This document shows positions 51,329 to 64,000 of a stretch of 64,000 nt of DNA, piece by piece. Numbering within the stretch: position 1 is the stretch's first letter; every line of letters begins with the position of its first letter. The position numbers and the translations under genes were made by a program. The notes below the pieces were generated by a model. The model was not told the DNA's origin, did not search any database, and was given only the letters and a program-made list of their open reading frames with translations. The DNA comes from Lytechinus pictus. Its lineage: Eukaryota. Location: assembly GCF_037042905.1 (NCBI RefSeq), contig NC_087245.1, forward strand, positions 30,196,001 to 30,260,000. Reading direction: 5' to 3'.

Positions 51329-54043
51329 ACCTTGTTTTTTTTATATATACAATATGTATTGATGGTTTCTTGTCAATTCGATGGTGCTGATTACGAATAT
51401 GGATGATGCCACTCGTGTAACCTTGAGCATTTTCCGCAAATTGGCAAAATCCAATATGGCCGCCAAAATATGCAAATTACCCATGAAAATCAGAAAATTG
51501 TCCGCACACTGGCTATGAAATGCATGAAATTGTCTGACAGGAGTGAAGTACTCTCTGAAAAAGTATTTTTTTGACAAAACATTTATTTTCCTGATATTCA
51601 AAATGGCCGCTATGGGCCTTTGTTTACTCTATTATGTACAATATGAATAGGGAAAACTAACTTTCACAAAAATGAGTGCTAAATTGCAAAAATCGCGATG
51701 TTTGAACGAAGTAATATATGCAAATCATCATTACTAACGAGATATATTATTTATTATGTCATATACGGGAACATTGCTGTATTTTGATGTCTAAAATAGC
51801 CGCCACTAGCCCAAAGAGTATTATTTAACGGCAATGGCCGGGGCCCAAAAATGACAAGAGTGAGCACTAAAATACATATTATCAATATAAACGAGTGGAA
51901 TACTGACTGAAAACATAATTGTTAATATGCCATTTATGTGATATATGCTGTATTTTGAAATTCAAAATGGCCGCCATGGGCCCTATATTTTACCATGTAC
52001 AATTCGAATGGAGAAAGTAATTTTCACACGAGTAAGAAACATAAAATGCATGTTAGTGTGATCTACGAGTAAAATATTGCCTGAAAACACAATATAGCAA
52101 GACATATCATTTATTTTGTCGTGCATGAGATAAATGCTGTATTATGAAATTCAAAATGGCTCTTATAGGCCCCAGCAGTATTATCTACGGTGAATGGGTA
52201 CATATAGTTTGTACGAATTTGGTTTTGCTTGACTATGACATCCATACAATCTCGTTGTATGAGTAAAATGTTATTTGAAAACATTTTTTTTAAATAAATC
52301 ATAGCATTTCTTCTGTCATATAGGTGATAAAAACTGTATTTTGACATTCAGAATAACCTCTACAAGCCCTAATTAAATTATGTAACATGCGAACAGGGAA
52401 ACTAATTTTAACATGAGTGAGAATCATAAAATGCATCTAACTGTGATGTACGAGTAAAGATATTGTCTTAAACATAATTTCTAACTAAATACATCACATA
52501 TTGGTCGTGGAGGTAACAAATGCTGTGCTTTGAAATAAAAAATGGATGCCATAGTTCCTATAGGTATTGTGTACATTGTCACATGGCACATATAATTTTG
52601 ACAGAATTTTGCTGTGCTTGACTCTAAATATTATTATATTTTGATGTAAGGGTGAATTATAGTCTAAAACCATGGTTTCTAACGAGATATATCATAATGT
52701 TGTGTAATTAAGGTGAGAAATCCTGCATTTTCAAATTGAAAATGGCCACCGTAGGCCCTTATCGTATAATATACAATTTGAGTGGAGTCAAATAATGTTC
52801 ACAAAAAGGGCATATGGCACCCATTTTGAATGTTGCAATACAGTATTTATGAACTAAACTACAAAAGATATGATATATGTTGTTTTAATTCATGTTTTCA
52901 GACAATATTTCACTCATACATCACAATTTGTCCAAGCAAAGCCAAATCCTGTTGAAATTATTTGTTCCCATTCACATTGTGCATAATAACGTAAGGGCCT
53001 GTAGAGGCCATTTTGACTTTATAATGAAACTATTTATCACCTTACTGACAGAATAAAGGATAAATCTTAATAAAGATACGCTTTCAGACAATATTTTATA
53101 TTTATCAATATTGTGTGCATTTATATTGCTCACTCCTGTGAATATTGGTTTCTCACTTTGCATTGTACATAATACAGTTAATGCCTATGGCGGCCATTTT
53201 GAAAATAAAAATACAGTATTTAACACAAACTTGAAACCTGAATAATATATTTCGTGAGAATATACGTTTTTAGACAGTATCCCATTAATTTATCACATAT
53301 ATATGCATTTTAGTGCTCACTCTTGTGATTTCTTTGCTCCTTTTTCTCATTGTGCATAATACTTTTAGGGCCTTTGGCAGCCATTTTAAATATCAAAATA
53401 CAACATTCATCACATACATGGCATATTAATAATATATTTCGTAAACAATTATGTGTTTGGTCATTATTCCACTCGTTTAAGCTTCATAATGTGCATTTTA
53501 GTGATCACGCTTGTGAATTTTTTTGGCCCCCATTAATTGTACGCAATACTGTTTGGGCCAGTGGCGGCTATTTTAGATATCAAAACACAGGAATGTTCCG
53601 ATAAATTACATAATAAATGATATATCTTGTTAGTAATGATTAATTGCGTATATTACTTCGTTCATACATCGTGATTTTTTGCAGTTTAGTGCTCATTCTT
53701 GTGAAAATCAGTTTTCCCTATTAATATTGTACATAGTAGAGTAAACAAAGGCCTATGGCGGCCATTTTGAATATCAGGAAAATAAATATTTTGTCAAAAA
53801 TTATTTTTTTCAGAGAGTATTTCATTCCTGCTACACAATTTCATGCATTTCATAGCCAATGTGCGAACAATTTTCTGATTTTCATGGGTAATTTGCATAT
53901 TTTGGCGGCCATATTTTATTTTGCCAATTTGCGGAAAATGCTCAAGGTTGAATACACGAGTGGCATTATTCAGATTCGTAATCAGCACACTCGAAATGAC
54001 AAGAAACCATCAAAAAAAGTATTGTATATATTAAAAAAAGGTT
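51329..54043. mobile_element. 2.7-kb foldback-type non-autonomous DNA transposon with long TIRs
   Basis: 51330-~51970 is the reverse complement of ~53380-54043 (paired mirror ORFs 51341-51601 and 53755-54066); internal AAAATGGCCGCC subrepeats. Confidence 0.8.
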
Positions 54044-55127
54044 ATGCCTCTTCTATTCTGGAATAACATTAGCAAAAGCTTAGAATCTCAGCTACATCAT
54101 ACTAAAAGCTCAGGGAAAAATGACGAGAATTTTTTTTTAGATATGGCTGATGAAATAGAGGAATGTAGTATCAAGTGTTGAGAAAAAGTCATGTCCCATA
54201 GAGATTACACGCAAAATGAGTAAAAATGACATGCCTTTATTATTTGCAATTTTTCAGGATGATCCTTTCATTAAAATGAAAAAAAGGCAATAATTCAGAA
54301 AGAGTAAGATCTAAGATACAACATATCAAAAATTGGGTGAAAATTGATCAATATTCACGCAGTTCAATGGTGACATGAAATCAAATTTGCACGTCATACT
54401 CTATCGATATATGAAAAAAAAATAGGGGTCAACGGACTATTTAAATAGCTACAGTAAATGTTCAATAGGCATATTTTTTTGTCCATATATGGCCTATAGT
54501 GAGAGCTCGCGCGCACACGAGCTGCAAACTTTAACGGGTGATAATTTCATTATTAATGGTTGTAGAAGGTGGATCAAGGTATCGAATTGCTCAGAGTTAT
54601 ATTATCAATGCAATGATATAAAAAGGAATGGTGTTTCTGCGTTGCATGAAGGCGTTACGCGCAGAAACGCGCGCGCATACGTGTATGTGCGCAAATTTTT
54701 GAAATACTTAAAATGACCTGAAACGTACTCTGCTATGGTCATAAAGTGATTTTTAGCATTTAAAAATTTTGACGCGCGCATAACGCGTGCGTTGTGACCT
54801 TCAGGTGACCTTTGATGACATGAACCGTTGACCTTTGACCTGAAGTTGATTTGATGTAAATATTGTTATTTTTTTTATAATTGATAATGGAGATATTGAT
54901 AATGTGATTTTACAAAATGGCGTCTAGATGACGTCATCATGAATTGATTACCTTGAAAAGCTTTTTTTTGGCGTTTCCATGACAGATCCTATAGATGACA
55001 TGAAATTCAATGAAATTGACAGTCAAATTTGAGATATCTTGGCGAAAAATATGTTGCTATTAAAAAGAAATTAAGAACATTCTGACAAAATTAAGAGGTG
55101 ATCTGTCATAGACAGACCACCTTATAA

Positions 55128-56500
55128 GAATGTAGAGAAGTTCTAAATGACTTGGCCAAAAACAAGAGCCCAGGAAATGATGGTATCCCAGTGAAATTTT
55201 ATTTACGTTTTTGGAATTATTTAGAAGATATTTTTATGGAATCGATATTATACAGTTTTGAAATAGGAGAATTGTCAACATCACAAAGGCAAGCTATCCT
55301 TATTCTGATTAAGAAAGAAGGCAAAGATGAAAGAGAACTTAAGAATTGGCGTCCGATTTCTTTATTGAATGTAGGTGTAAAAATAATAACTAAGGTTTTT
55401 GCCAAACGCATGTGTAAGTTTATAGATAAATTGATAAGTGTTTGTCAGACAGGTTTTATCAAAGGAAGATTTGTAGGTGAATCCATTAGAGTTATTATGG
55501 ATATTATGTTTTATACAAAAATGCATAACATACCAGGGCTTTTTAATTCTTAGATTATGAAAAAGCATTCGACTCATTAGAATGGGGTTGTATGATGAAA
55601 GTACTGGACAAATTCGGTTTTGGACCCAAATACCAAAGTTACATCCAGACTAAATTCAAAGGCAAAGAAATAGATTTCATGAAGTTGACAACACAGAATA
55701 TCAATTTAATTTTGAAAGGCAAACTTTTTGAGGCTCCAATATCAGAAATTTACTTGAACAATAAATATAATATAGAAAAAGATATATGGAAGATTATCTA
55801 TAAAAATGCCCTTTTTGTTTCTAACGGATACTAAGAGTAGAACTTTTCAATATAAAATAAACACAAGAACACTCCTCTTAAATAAAAGATTATATATAAT
55901 GAAAATTGTAGAATCTGAATTATGCACCTTTTGTAAACTAGAGGCCGAAACAACAGAGCATCTTTTTACAGAATGTCAGCATGCATGTACCTTTTGGGAA
56001 GAGTTTTTGAAATGGTGCCATACAAAATCTGATAATAATTTACAACTAAATAATAAAGATATGTTGTTTGGTATATCAGATGAGAGACCATTATTTTTGA
56101 ATCAGTGCTTAGTTGAAGCTAAACAAATGATGTATACATGCAGACATTTGAATATTTTACCGTCTTTTGATTTGTTCTTTGTAAAGCTGAAACGAATATA
56201 CAAAATAGAAAAAAAAATTGGCATTCACAATAAACAATTATCTAAGTTTGAAAAGAAATGAAAAATTCTAGATCCCTCTTTCATATAATAGTTTGGGCAG
56301 CTTGATGGAAAACGAAATTAAATGTGATGCCATAACCATTCAATCCTGAAATGTTTTCTATTTTTTCCATTTTAATTATCCCTTGTTTTGTATTTTATTT
56401 CATTTCATTTTGTATATAATATGAATAATGTACAATGATTATGTTTGTTGTATGTATATGAAGTTATGAAAAAAAAAAAAAACATTGAAAGAGAAAAAAA
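55128..56500 (+). pseudogene. L1/Tx1 ORF2 continuation (RT N-terminal part, internal deletion, C-terminal Cys-rich region), 3' UTR and poly(A)
   Basis: KSPGNDG, NWRPISLLN, QTGFIKGR, DYEKAFDS, then a jump to the C-terminus with CTFC...ETTEHLFTEC; A-tail at ~56468. Confidence 0.9.
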
Positions 56501-56683
56501 ATGCATATGCTGCATTTGAGTTTGTCCTTATAATAAATTGTTAAACTATTAAGTTTTAATCAAAATGTTAAGTTTTTAAAGTCAAATATCAAAATTTGTC
56601 AGCTCACGCTTAAACGACAGTGATAAAAATTGCCCTTTTTAAAGTCTTTGTCCCAAAAATTGTTACCTCGCGCTTTGCGCTCG

Positions 56684-56687
<4 letters not shown>

Positions 56688-56757
<70 letters not shown>

Positions 56758-56872
56758 AATGTCTGTGGTCTATATTATGGTTGTTCCACTTTATATGTTT
56801 GTCATTTTGCCTCCGACGAAGATTCTGCTAGGATCGAAAGCTTAGGCCCCTTTTGACTCTCTTATATATATA
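56688..56872 (+). mobile_element. Short Penelope-like terminal fragment within a (TA)n microsatellite
   Basis: ~105-bp insert flanked by TA runs, containing a hammerhead-like motif. Confidence 0.5.
56809..56847 (+). ncRNA. Minimal type I hammerhead ribozyme-like motif (variant core)
   Basis: GCCT-CCGACGA-A-GATTCT-GCT-AGGATC-GAAA-GC-TTA-GGC: stem I, core box, stem II, GAAA and palindromic AAGCTT. Confidence 0.55.
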
Positions 56873-57992
56873 TTTGTATAAGCCGGGAGATCAATATTCT
56901 TTCCACAATTTTCCTTTATGTTGGACAGTGCTTCAAATTTCCCTTTTGGGTCACTACTATACCAATAATTTCAACTCGCGCTTCGCACTCGCATTACGTT
57001 TTTGAGTTACACAGTTAGTTCAATTATAGATGCAGAAACTGAGTGTGTTTTGATATAAAAACGTGTAAACATGTTCAGGTTTCAAATAGAAATATTCGAA
57101 ATTTCCAACTCGCACTTCACCCACCGCTTTATTATTAGTGCAAAGTGTATCATATAAATGAGTATTTGCAAACAATTAATAATCATGTCATATTTCTGAG
57201 AAAAAAATAAATGAAAATATCAGCTCACGCTCGCATATTATTTGTGCAAAAACTGCTTAGAATGTCCATTTTTCTGGTCGGAAATCAAACTTTTGAGCTC
57301 ACGCTTCGCGCTCGCATTATGTATTTTAGGTACACAGCTTGTTCAATTACAGATGCAGAAACTGGGTTTCTTTTAATGTAAAAATGTGTAAAAATGCTTA
57401 GTTTTCAAGTTCAAATAGCTTTAATATCAAACATGTTCATATCGCGATTCATGTTCGCTGTATTTGATTTTAGTGAGATATGTATTTTATTAATGAGTCA
57501 CTGCAAACAGTTAAAATAAGATGTCTTTTTCAGAACAATTATACACATATCATTCATGCAAAAAGTGCCTAGAACCTCAAGTTTTCTGGTAGGAATCACA
57601 ATTTTTCATCTCGCGCCGGGCGCTTCCTACAATTATTTGGTTAAAGAATTTATCCTCTTCATGGTTACAATCGAGATTTCATGTCAAAATATAATATTTT
57701 TCAGCTAGCGCTTTGTTCTCGCAATGATGGATTGGTGAGAAATTTATTATTTCATAGTTCACTGCAAACAGGTCTTTTTGCTGGCCAGTATAATTTCAAC
57801 TGACATTTTGTACTTACATAGATCATTAAGTTAGATACCCCTCTAGTTTATGATTACAAAAGTGGTCACAATGATCAATTATTCAATTTCCAGGTATAAA
57901 TATATAAAATATTTAAAAATTTGAGCTCGCGCTTCGCGCTCGCATGGTAATTCATATTCAGGCTACATAAAATACCTTATCTTGCTTCTATA

Positions 57993-60069
57993 CACAACAA
58001 AAAAAGTAAGTCCCCCCTTGAACAAACATCAATAATTTCCGAACCAATGCGAGTTTTTGATATATTTTGACACGAGTGTGTAGGTAATTTTATAAGCTAC
58101 CCTCTGAGTTAATGTTATGGACGTATTTTACGTCATGCTTCAGTGAGCACCGTCAGAAGGCAAAAATGTCACTTTTCAAAAGTCACAAGCCAAAAATCAT
58201 GACTTTGATTCCATTTTATTGGTACGGATTCCACATTCTCATCATGAAAAATAGTCAAAAGGCTTGTAAAAGGTACTTTCTAAAAGACGATACAATTTTT
58301 CGGGCTAAATTTCACGGTTGAATAAACACAAGTCCAAATTTGCTATAATTGGATTTTGTACACATTTTCAACGATAAAAATGATAGAATATGATGACATT
58401 TATTTTTTGGAAGAGTATCTTCAACAATATTCATCGTTTCACGGTTCAATGAACATTTATTGAAAACAAAAAATACGATTTTCAAATATCATAGGCAAGT
58501 ATTGTTTCATTTTGGTAACTGAAACTGATCTTTTATCAACTTTTTCGTTATGTTCATGACCAATTAACATGCTTCAATGATTCAAAGGCGTTTAATTAAA
58601 CATTCACGCTTGAATGAACATGTGGAATGTGATTAGCTCTTTTTTACGTTATTGGAAAAAAATGCAATTTGTAACTAAAGATATCTGTCACAAACCTCCG
58701 TGCATGGTTCATTTGATTTGATTTTTATGAAAATCCCGATGTTTAATGCATCAGTGAGCACACAATATTATAAAATTATGCAAATGAGAAGAAAGTTCAA
58801 GGCCTTGGCCTCACTCTGTGCCGCATCGAATTGTTAGTTTGGTGTGCGCGCCTTTTGGATAGTGTTACTCTGAAGCCATGTGCTAAGTTTCATGAAATAA
58901 CTGTTGGCAGAAGTAACAAAAACCGTCCATGAAACAAACCCCTTATTTCATATTTGTTAAATTTTGACTTCCTCTCTCATAGACTTGTGTACATTATGGG
59001 TGCATATGTTTAAGAATTAGTAACCCCTTATTCAATATGGTGGAACTTTTTTTCAAAGCTGTCTACAGCAATGTCATTTGGCAGTAATGTTTATCAACCT
59101 ATGGGCAGAATTCTGTGCAAAAATTAAATCGATTTGTTTATTTACGGATGAGTGAGCACGCATCAAAGTGAGAAAATGGGTATTTTCAATGTCACAGACT
59201 CATTTTAAAGGGTAATACGGTGAATGTTGGGGGCAAATTCGGTTTCAAATGTGTTTTTAATTTCTGTTGTTTTTATCATCCATCATTTCTATCACCACAC
59301 ACTTACCGAACTTAACATTTTCATGGTTGAGTGAGCACATTCGAAAACTTAGGAATGAATACTCTTTATACTGCATAAATGCATTATTTTTCTAACAATT
59401 TCTCATGATCAGTTTAATGTATGGACAAATCAGTGGTGGATCCAGAATTTGAAAATGGGGGAGGGGCCTATAATCGGGGGAGCCACTAACATTTTTAATA
59501 TGACCTAACAAGTTGTAAAGGATACTACCAAAAAACCCTATGATGATACGTCACAATACAGGGGCCGCGGAACGGTTTTCAAAGTGTGGGGGAAGGGCTG
59601 AGCCAAAAGCGGGGGGGGGGGAGCTGATCATGCAAAAAATCACAATCTGTGGTCATTTTTGCATTTTTGTACATGATTTTGGAAAAAAGTGGGGCCCCCC
59701 GCACCCCTGCTTCCGCGGCCCCTGCGATATTGTGTTCACTCAACCATGAACATACGAATTCAAAATTGTGTGTGGAGTGGCTAAATGATGGATAGCAAAA
59801 CAGCATAACACCATAAAATTCACCTAAAAACAACTTTTGCCCAACTTTGTATTTGCGAAATCTGAAAAACGACTCTTGTGACTTTCAAAAATGGTCATTT
59901 TTAATTCAATCTTTAATTACTCATGCATGACTCAACCGATCAATTTCATTCTTCCCCAGGAGTTGCTTAATGAGTGTAGAAAACCACCTACGAAATATCA
60001 TATCTCAAAATAACTCCATTCAAAAGTTACAGCAATTCGATTTAGGGGGGACTTACTTTTTTAGTTGTG
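57993..60069. mobile_element. 2.1-kb non-autonomous DNA transposon with TA TSD (Tc1/mariner-like)
   Basis: TA|CACAACAAAAAAAGTAAGTCCCCCC ... GGGGGGACTTACTTTTTTAGTTGTG|TA. Confidence 0.8.
59559..59724. mobile_element. Small MITE nested in the previous element
   Basis: TIRs CAGGGGCCGCGGAA / TTCCGCGGCCCCTG. Confidence 0.75.
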
Positions 60070-61331
60070 TATATATTCATTCTAAGAATAAAAATTTAGT
60101 TAGGACAAGCCCTTAAACGTCTAAACAATTTGGTGGCCGCGACGTAGAAAATGCGGATGAAAATATCCCCCCCCCCCATTTATGAAAGCTGGAACTGCTC
60201 CTGGGTATGTCGAAAAAAAATGTTACTAAGGAGAGCAAGAAAAATGACAAGATTCAAGGTCACGGGTCGTCGGTAATCGGTTTGTCCGTAATCAAGGCCT
60301 CCACACCCCCCTTCTGGAAAAGGCATAGCAACGCCCCGCATAAAAACCCGTCCTTGTCGACAGTCGACACACACAAATACTATGGAAACACATACATTGA
60401 ATCTCTGACAACTATATACACACGCTGTCTCTGTCACCACAAAACACACGCCCACTTTTTTGAACCCACGTACGCCCACACACATGAAACCTCACTCGCA
60501 CACGCGTCTGCACAATCCCATGTACATCGAGAAGTGCACGATACTTTCTGAACACTCCGACTCCTAAATGCAATACCATGAATACAGACGTGAACGTTGG
60601 TTATGGATGTATATTCGACATGATTGGTTTATTGATTGTATTAGTTGTTACTTTTTCTTATCTGCCCCATTTATTTCCAGTAAAAACACACAATAAACAA
60701 AACACAGGCATAAATATACAGTATTCGCATAACATACAAAACAAACTAAGCTACAACATGATATTGCTAGTATACAACAGCTGAAAAGAGAAATACGTTT
60801 CTAACCATTTTTCCTACAAAATTCCTGTTAAACGATCGGAGTGATCCCATTTAGTACTTTAAAATGTTCAGAGCTCTGTAAATAATACTTATTTTCTGTA
60901 CAGCATAGGGATATTTTAATATATGCTAAGGTACATTTAATTCAATTAATGTTTTAATGATAAACTTAATAAATGAAAGCTGAAATTAACACACTTCCGA
61001 TAAAAAGAAGGTCATTCATAGATAAAATAACAAAATATGCAAAATCATTTTATGTTTAGACTCGATGAATAAGTACCTTCTAAAAAAAGTAATTTTGATA
61101 AGGATTGTTTAAAAGAATAAAGCTGGATCTCTATAGAGATGAATGACAGGAATTCGACTTAAAAATGTGATTAAAATATTTTGTGCTTGTTAGAATATGT
61201 ATGTTGTTTTTAATGTTAGTTTTGTTTTTATTATGTATAAAAAATAACGGAGAGAAAGGGAGAGAGAGGGGAAAAAGTTTAAACCATTTAATAAGTGTCG
61301 TATTAAACTATGAATCATCAGGGTAACTTAA

Positions 61332-62070
61332 CCCTAATTCTCCCGGGGGGGGGGGGCATAATGCCCCCCCCCCCTCGACAATTTTCGCGAGATATCTGCT
61401 GCGCACAATTTTGTGACCTCGCCGCTCACTGACTTTTTACTTTTTACCCCGGTACGTGGTTACGACATTATGCAACATTATGTAAGTTCATGTCAGACCC
61501 AAAATTGCTCATAAACGTGATTTCATGTACAAATCCAATTGCAAATTGTGTATTTAGCCAAAATTAATAAATGTATCATTATTTCTACTTTTACTGATTA
61601 AACTTGATTAATTTTGCCTTGTTTTGATCAGAATTAAGTCTGGAACAATTTCCGTCGAAAAAACAATAAAAAACAAAAAGTTAAAAACAAAGAAATACAT
61701 AAGAAATTTAAAAAAAACCAATAAAATACGTAAGGAATCGGTCTTGGTTCCAGAATTTGTTTCATTCACAATTGTTAGGAATGTTATCAAGAATATTTTT
61801 ACTAAAAAATAGCATTCTAGGAGCTGTATTTAGTGAATCAGAGTAAAAAGTATGATTTCATGAATAAATTAGTATAATTAAATCATATAAAATAAAAATA
61901 TATGAATTCAGTGAAATTTACCAATGCAACTGCGTAGATTACGTCATTCTCTACCATCATGCAAATTTTCGTTGTGATCGCGCAATCCGCGGCTGAGATC
62001 TTAAGGGGGGGGCAATAATGCCCCCCCCCCCCGGAATGACAAGAATCAAAACACCCCGGGAGATTTAGGG
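61332..62070. mobile_element. piggyBac-like MITE
   Basis: TTAA|CCCTAATTCTCCCGGGG ... CCCCGGGAGATTTAGGG|TTGA; subterminal GGGGGGCATAATGCCCCCC palindromes at both ends. Confidence 0.8.
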
Positions 62071-62189
62071 TTGAAGAAAAAAGAAGGGGTCTGTGACATT
62101 TGCTACGGCAATATTCGCTTCGATGAAAAATATGCAAGTTGAGCCAAACATTAAATATAACCTCAAAACTGAATAAACCCAAATCACTA

Positions 62190-62780
62190 TATTTCAATTC
62201 GATTCAATCTATTTTTTTTTTTCATTTTCAATAGAACAAAGTAAGGTGGTCGAAATAATTACCTTGAATTTATAGAGACAAAATAAATTGAGGCATGTAC
62301 AATATATGATATTTATCTATAAGTAAAAGTAAAACAAAACAGAGTATTATATATAATCAAAATATCATAAACATTATAAAATAAAATTTTGAGAAAATGG
62401 AGGGATACACTAAAAAGCAGTGCTTGTATTGTATGGACCCCTCTAAATAATTTCAGATTTGCCTACGAAGGTGACAAAACAGAGAACACCAGAACAAAAA
62501 AAAACAAAGAACAAGGAACAAGAAAAATGGAAACACAAGGGGTACGAAGATAAAAGGGAAAATAGATAAAAGAAGATAATAGAGCAGGACTTCGACGCGC
62601 GGATGATAAAAAAAAGAAAATAAGTTATGGAGGCATGAAATGGTGAATTTAATGATATGATTATTCAAAATTAAGGAAATGATGACCTGTATGATTTCAG
62701 ACAATTATTTTTGAGTTTCATTTTAAAAGAACAGAGGGATTGACTTTTAATTATATCTTCACTAAGGGAGTTATAGAATC
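62190..62780 (-). mobile_element. 3' fragment of an L2/CR1-group LINE
   Basis: Reverse translation FYNSLSEDIIKSQSLCSFKMKLK resembles the C-terminus of the 994-aa ORF2 (WNDLSHDIKLCTSLYSFKAVLK); 3' UTR and (TTGAA)-like tail. Confidence 0.7.
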
Positions 62781-62781
62781 C

Positions 62782-63045
62782 ACACGGGTCGTGTGGTCCA
62801 GTGGTTAGAGCATTGGACTCATAATCGCAAGGTTGTGAGTTCGAATCCCATCTCTGCCATTGTCTCCACTTTGATAAAAAGGCCCGAGAGTGATATCTGT
62901 CGTCTATAACGTCAGCCACTATGACTGATTTACCTAGACGTCAAATGTTTCATAGGTAATTGGTTATATACCAGCTTGGCGTTTCCCAGCAAAATGCTGT
63001 CCTGCCGAGTTCCAACGGGAGTTACCACAAACAGAAACAGAATCT
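62782..63045 (+). mobile_element. Second tRNA-derived SINE family
   Basis: A box TGGTCCAGTGG, loop CTCATAA, B box GTTCGAATCC; body differs from the other SINEs; (AAACAG)n tail. Confidence 0.75.
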
Positions 63046-63529
63046 CCGGGCCATCGTATATAAATGTGTTTTTTTAGCTAACAGTGTTCTTAAAAGACGT
63101 AAATGAAAGTCGTTAGACTGTCTCGTAGGGTACTATACGTGTACATTTCTCAAAAACTCTAACACTATGCTCTCTGAGATATTAAGACCAGACTTGAGAA
63201 GCGAGGGTTCTAGGGGTGAACCACCGCCAACATTTTCCATGGGGGGTACTGCGTGATAGGCAGCACCCCCTGGAATTCTGGTAGAATGAAGGTCATTTTG
63301 GTCAAGAGTAATATGAAATGCAATAAAAAAGGTGAGTTCTATAAAAAAAAATGTAGGTCAGTTTGGTTACATTTCTCCATTTTGTCATACCTACCAGATT
63401 TCCAGGACCAAAATGACCTTCATTTTGTAGTGAAACCCGTTTTTGTCCTTTCAAATTTACATCAGCACCCCCTGAAAAGAAGTCGTTCCCTAGGTCCTTA
63501 GCAAATGTCGCAGGACCCCCCCCCCCCCC

Positions 63530-63567
<38 letters not shown>

Positions 63568-63613
63568 CAGATATTTGGCGTACATCGACTTCCTTTAAGA
63601 GACTTATAGCCTA

Positions 63614-64000
63614 TAGGGCCGTCTGCACCATCCCGAGTTTTCAAATTAGCGCGCTATTTCTGATCCGGCAAATTATCCCGATCTGAAAAATCTCGAGATA
63701 GTTGGCGGTGCAGACGCAATTATCGCGCTAGTTCGTAGGATTAATCTTGAGATTGCAATCCCAAGTCAACTCGGGTTTATTTGCAAAATAGCGCGCTATT
63801 TTACGAATTATCCCGCTAATTCGTCGGTGCAGACGCACTCGAGATTGGACTCGGGGTAATTTATTCATGACGTCAGTCCATAATGCAATTCGCGTTCCAC
63901 TTCCGCCTTGGTCAAAACATAAACACGTGCGAAAGTCAACTTTATACATGCGAATAGCGTTCATAAGCAACGATGGTGTCCCACCAGTGAATGGATTTTG
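63614..64000. mobile_element. Left part of a probable non-autonomous DNA transposon
   Basis: Starts TAGGGCCGTCTGCACC; internal GGTGCAGACGC and TAGCGCGCTA repeats. Confidence 0.4.

Larger units (their letters stand above)
40307..55127 (-). mobile_element. 14.8-kb non-autonomous Helitron/Helentron-like element (with nested insertions) splitting the L1/Tx1 ORF2
   Basis: Minus-strand 3' end is a hairpin (TAATTCGTC/GACGAATTA) followed by CTAG and TT. Sub-TIRs AGGTGGTCTGTC (40337-40348) and GACAGACCACCT (55111-55122). No TSD. L1 protein continues across it (EKPISK / ECREVLNDLAKNKSPG). Confidence 0.8.

Noticed and set aside
60180..60551. 114-aa and 101-aa overlapping ORFs
   Set aside because: Low-complexity CA-rich sequence with no motifs.

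Overview
AT-rich eukaryotic DNA made almost entirely of repeats. The repeat families suggest a marine invertebrate, probably a sea urchin (inference only). Host coding is limited to two phase-1 exons on the minus strand, an EGF-like module (19090-18980) and a partial CUB-like module (15468-15322). Most of the rest is two nested transposon stacks. Stack 1: a decayed Gypsy LTR element (~20200-39149) is split in-frame by a 13.2-kb TGT...ACA element with CCGG target duplication (Ginger1-like). That insert carries an ORF1-only L1/Tx1-like element, an intact 994-aa L2/CR1-group ORF2 and MITEs. Stack 2: an L1/Tx1 ORF2 is split by a 14.8-kb Helitron/Helentron-like element. This contains an L2/CR1-group LINE with a 2A-like NPGP motif, and the LINE's 3' tail is interrupted by the most unusual object in the window: a 5.6-kb, almost fully palindromic element with Polinton/Maverick-type ends (AGTAGT...ACTACT, 6-bp TSD). 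It holds two divergent copies of an intact 165-aa ORF and two arrays built from two alternating 10-mers. Also present: a 5.3-kb 21-bp satellite with higher-order structure, tRNA-derived SINEs, many MITEs and a Penelope-type minimal hammerhead-like motif. All family assignments come from motif recognition, not database searches.
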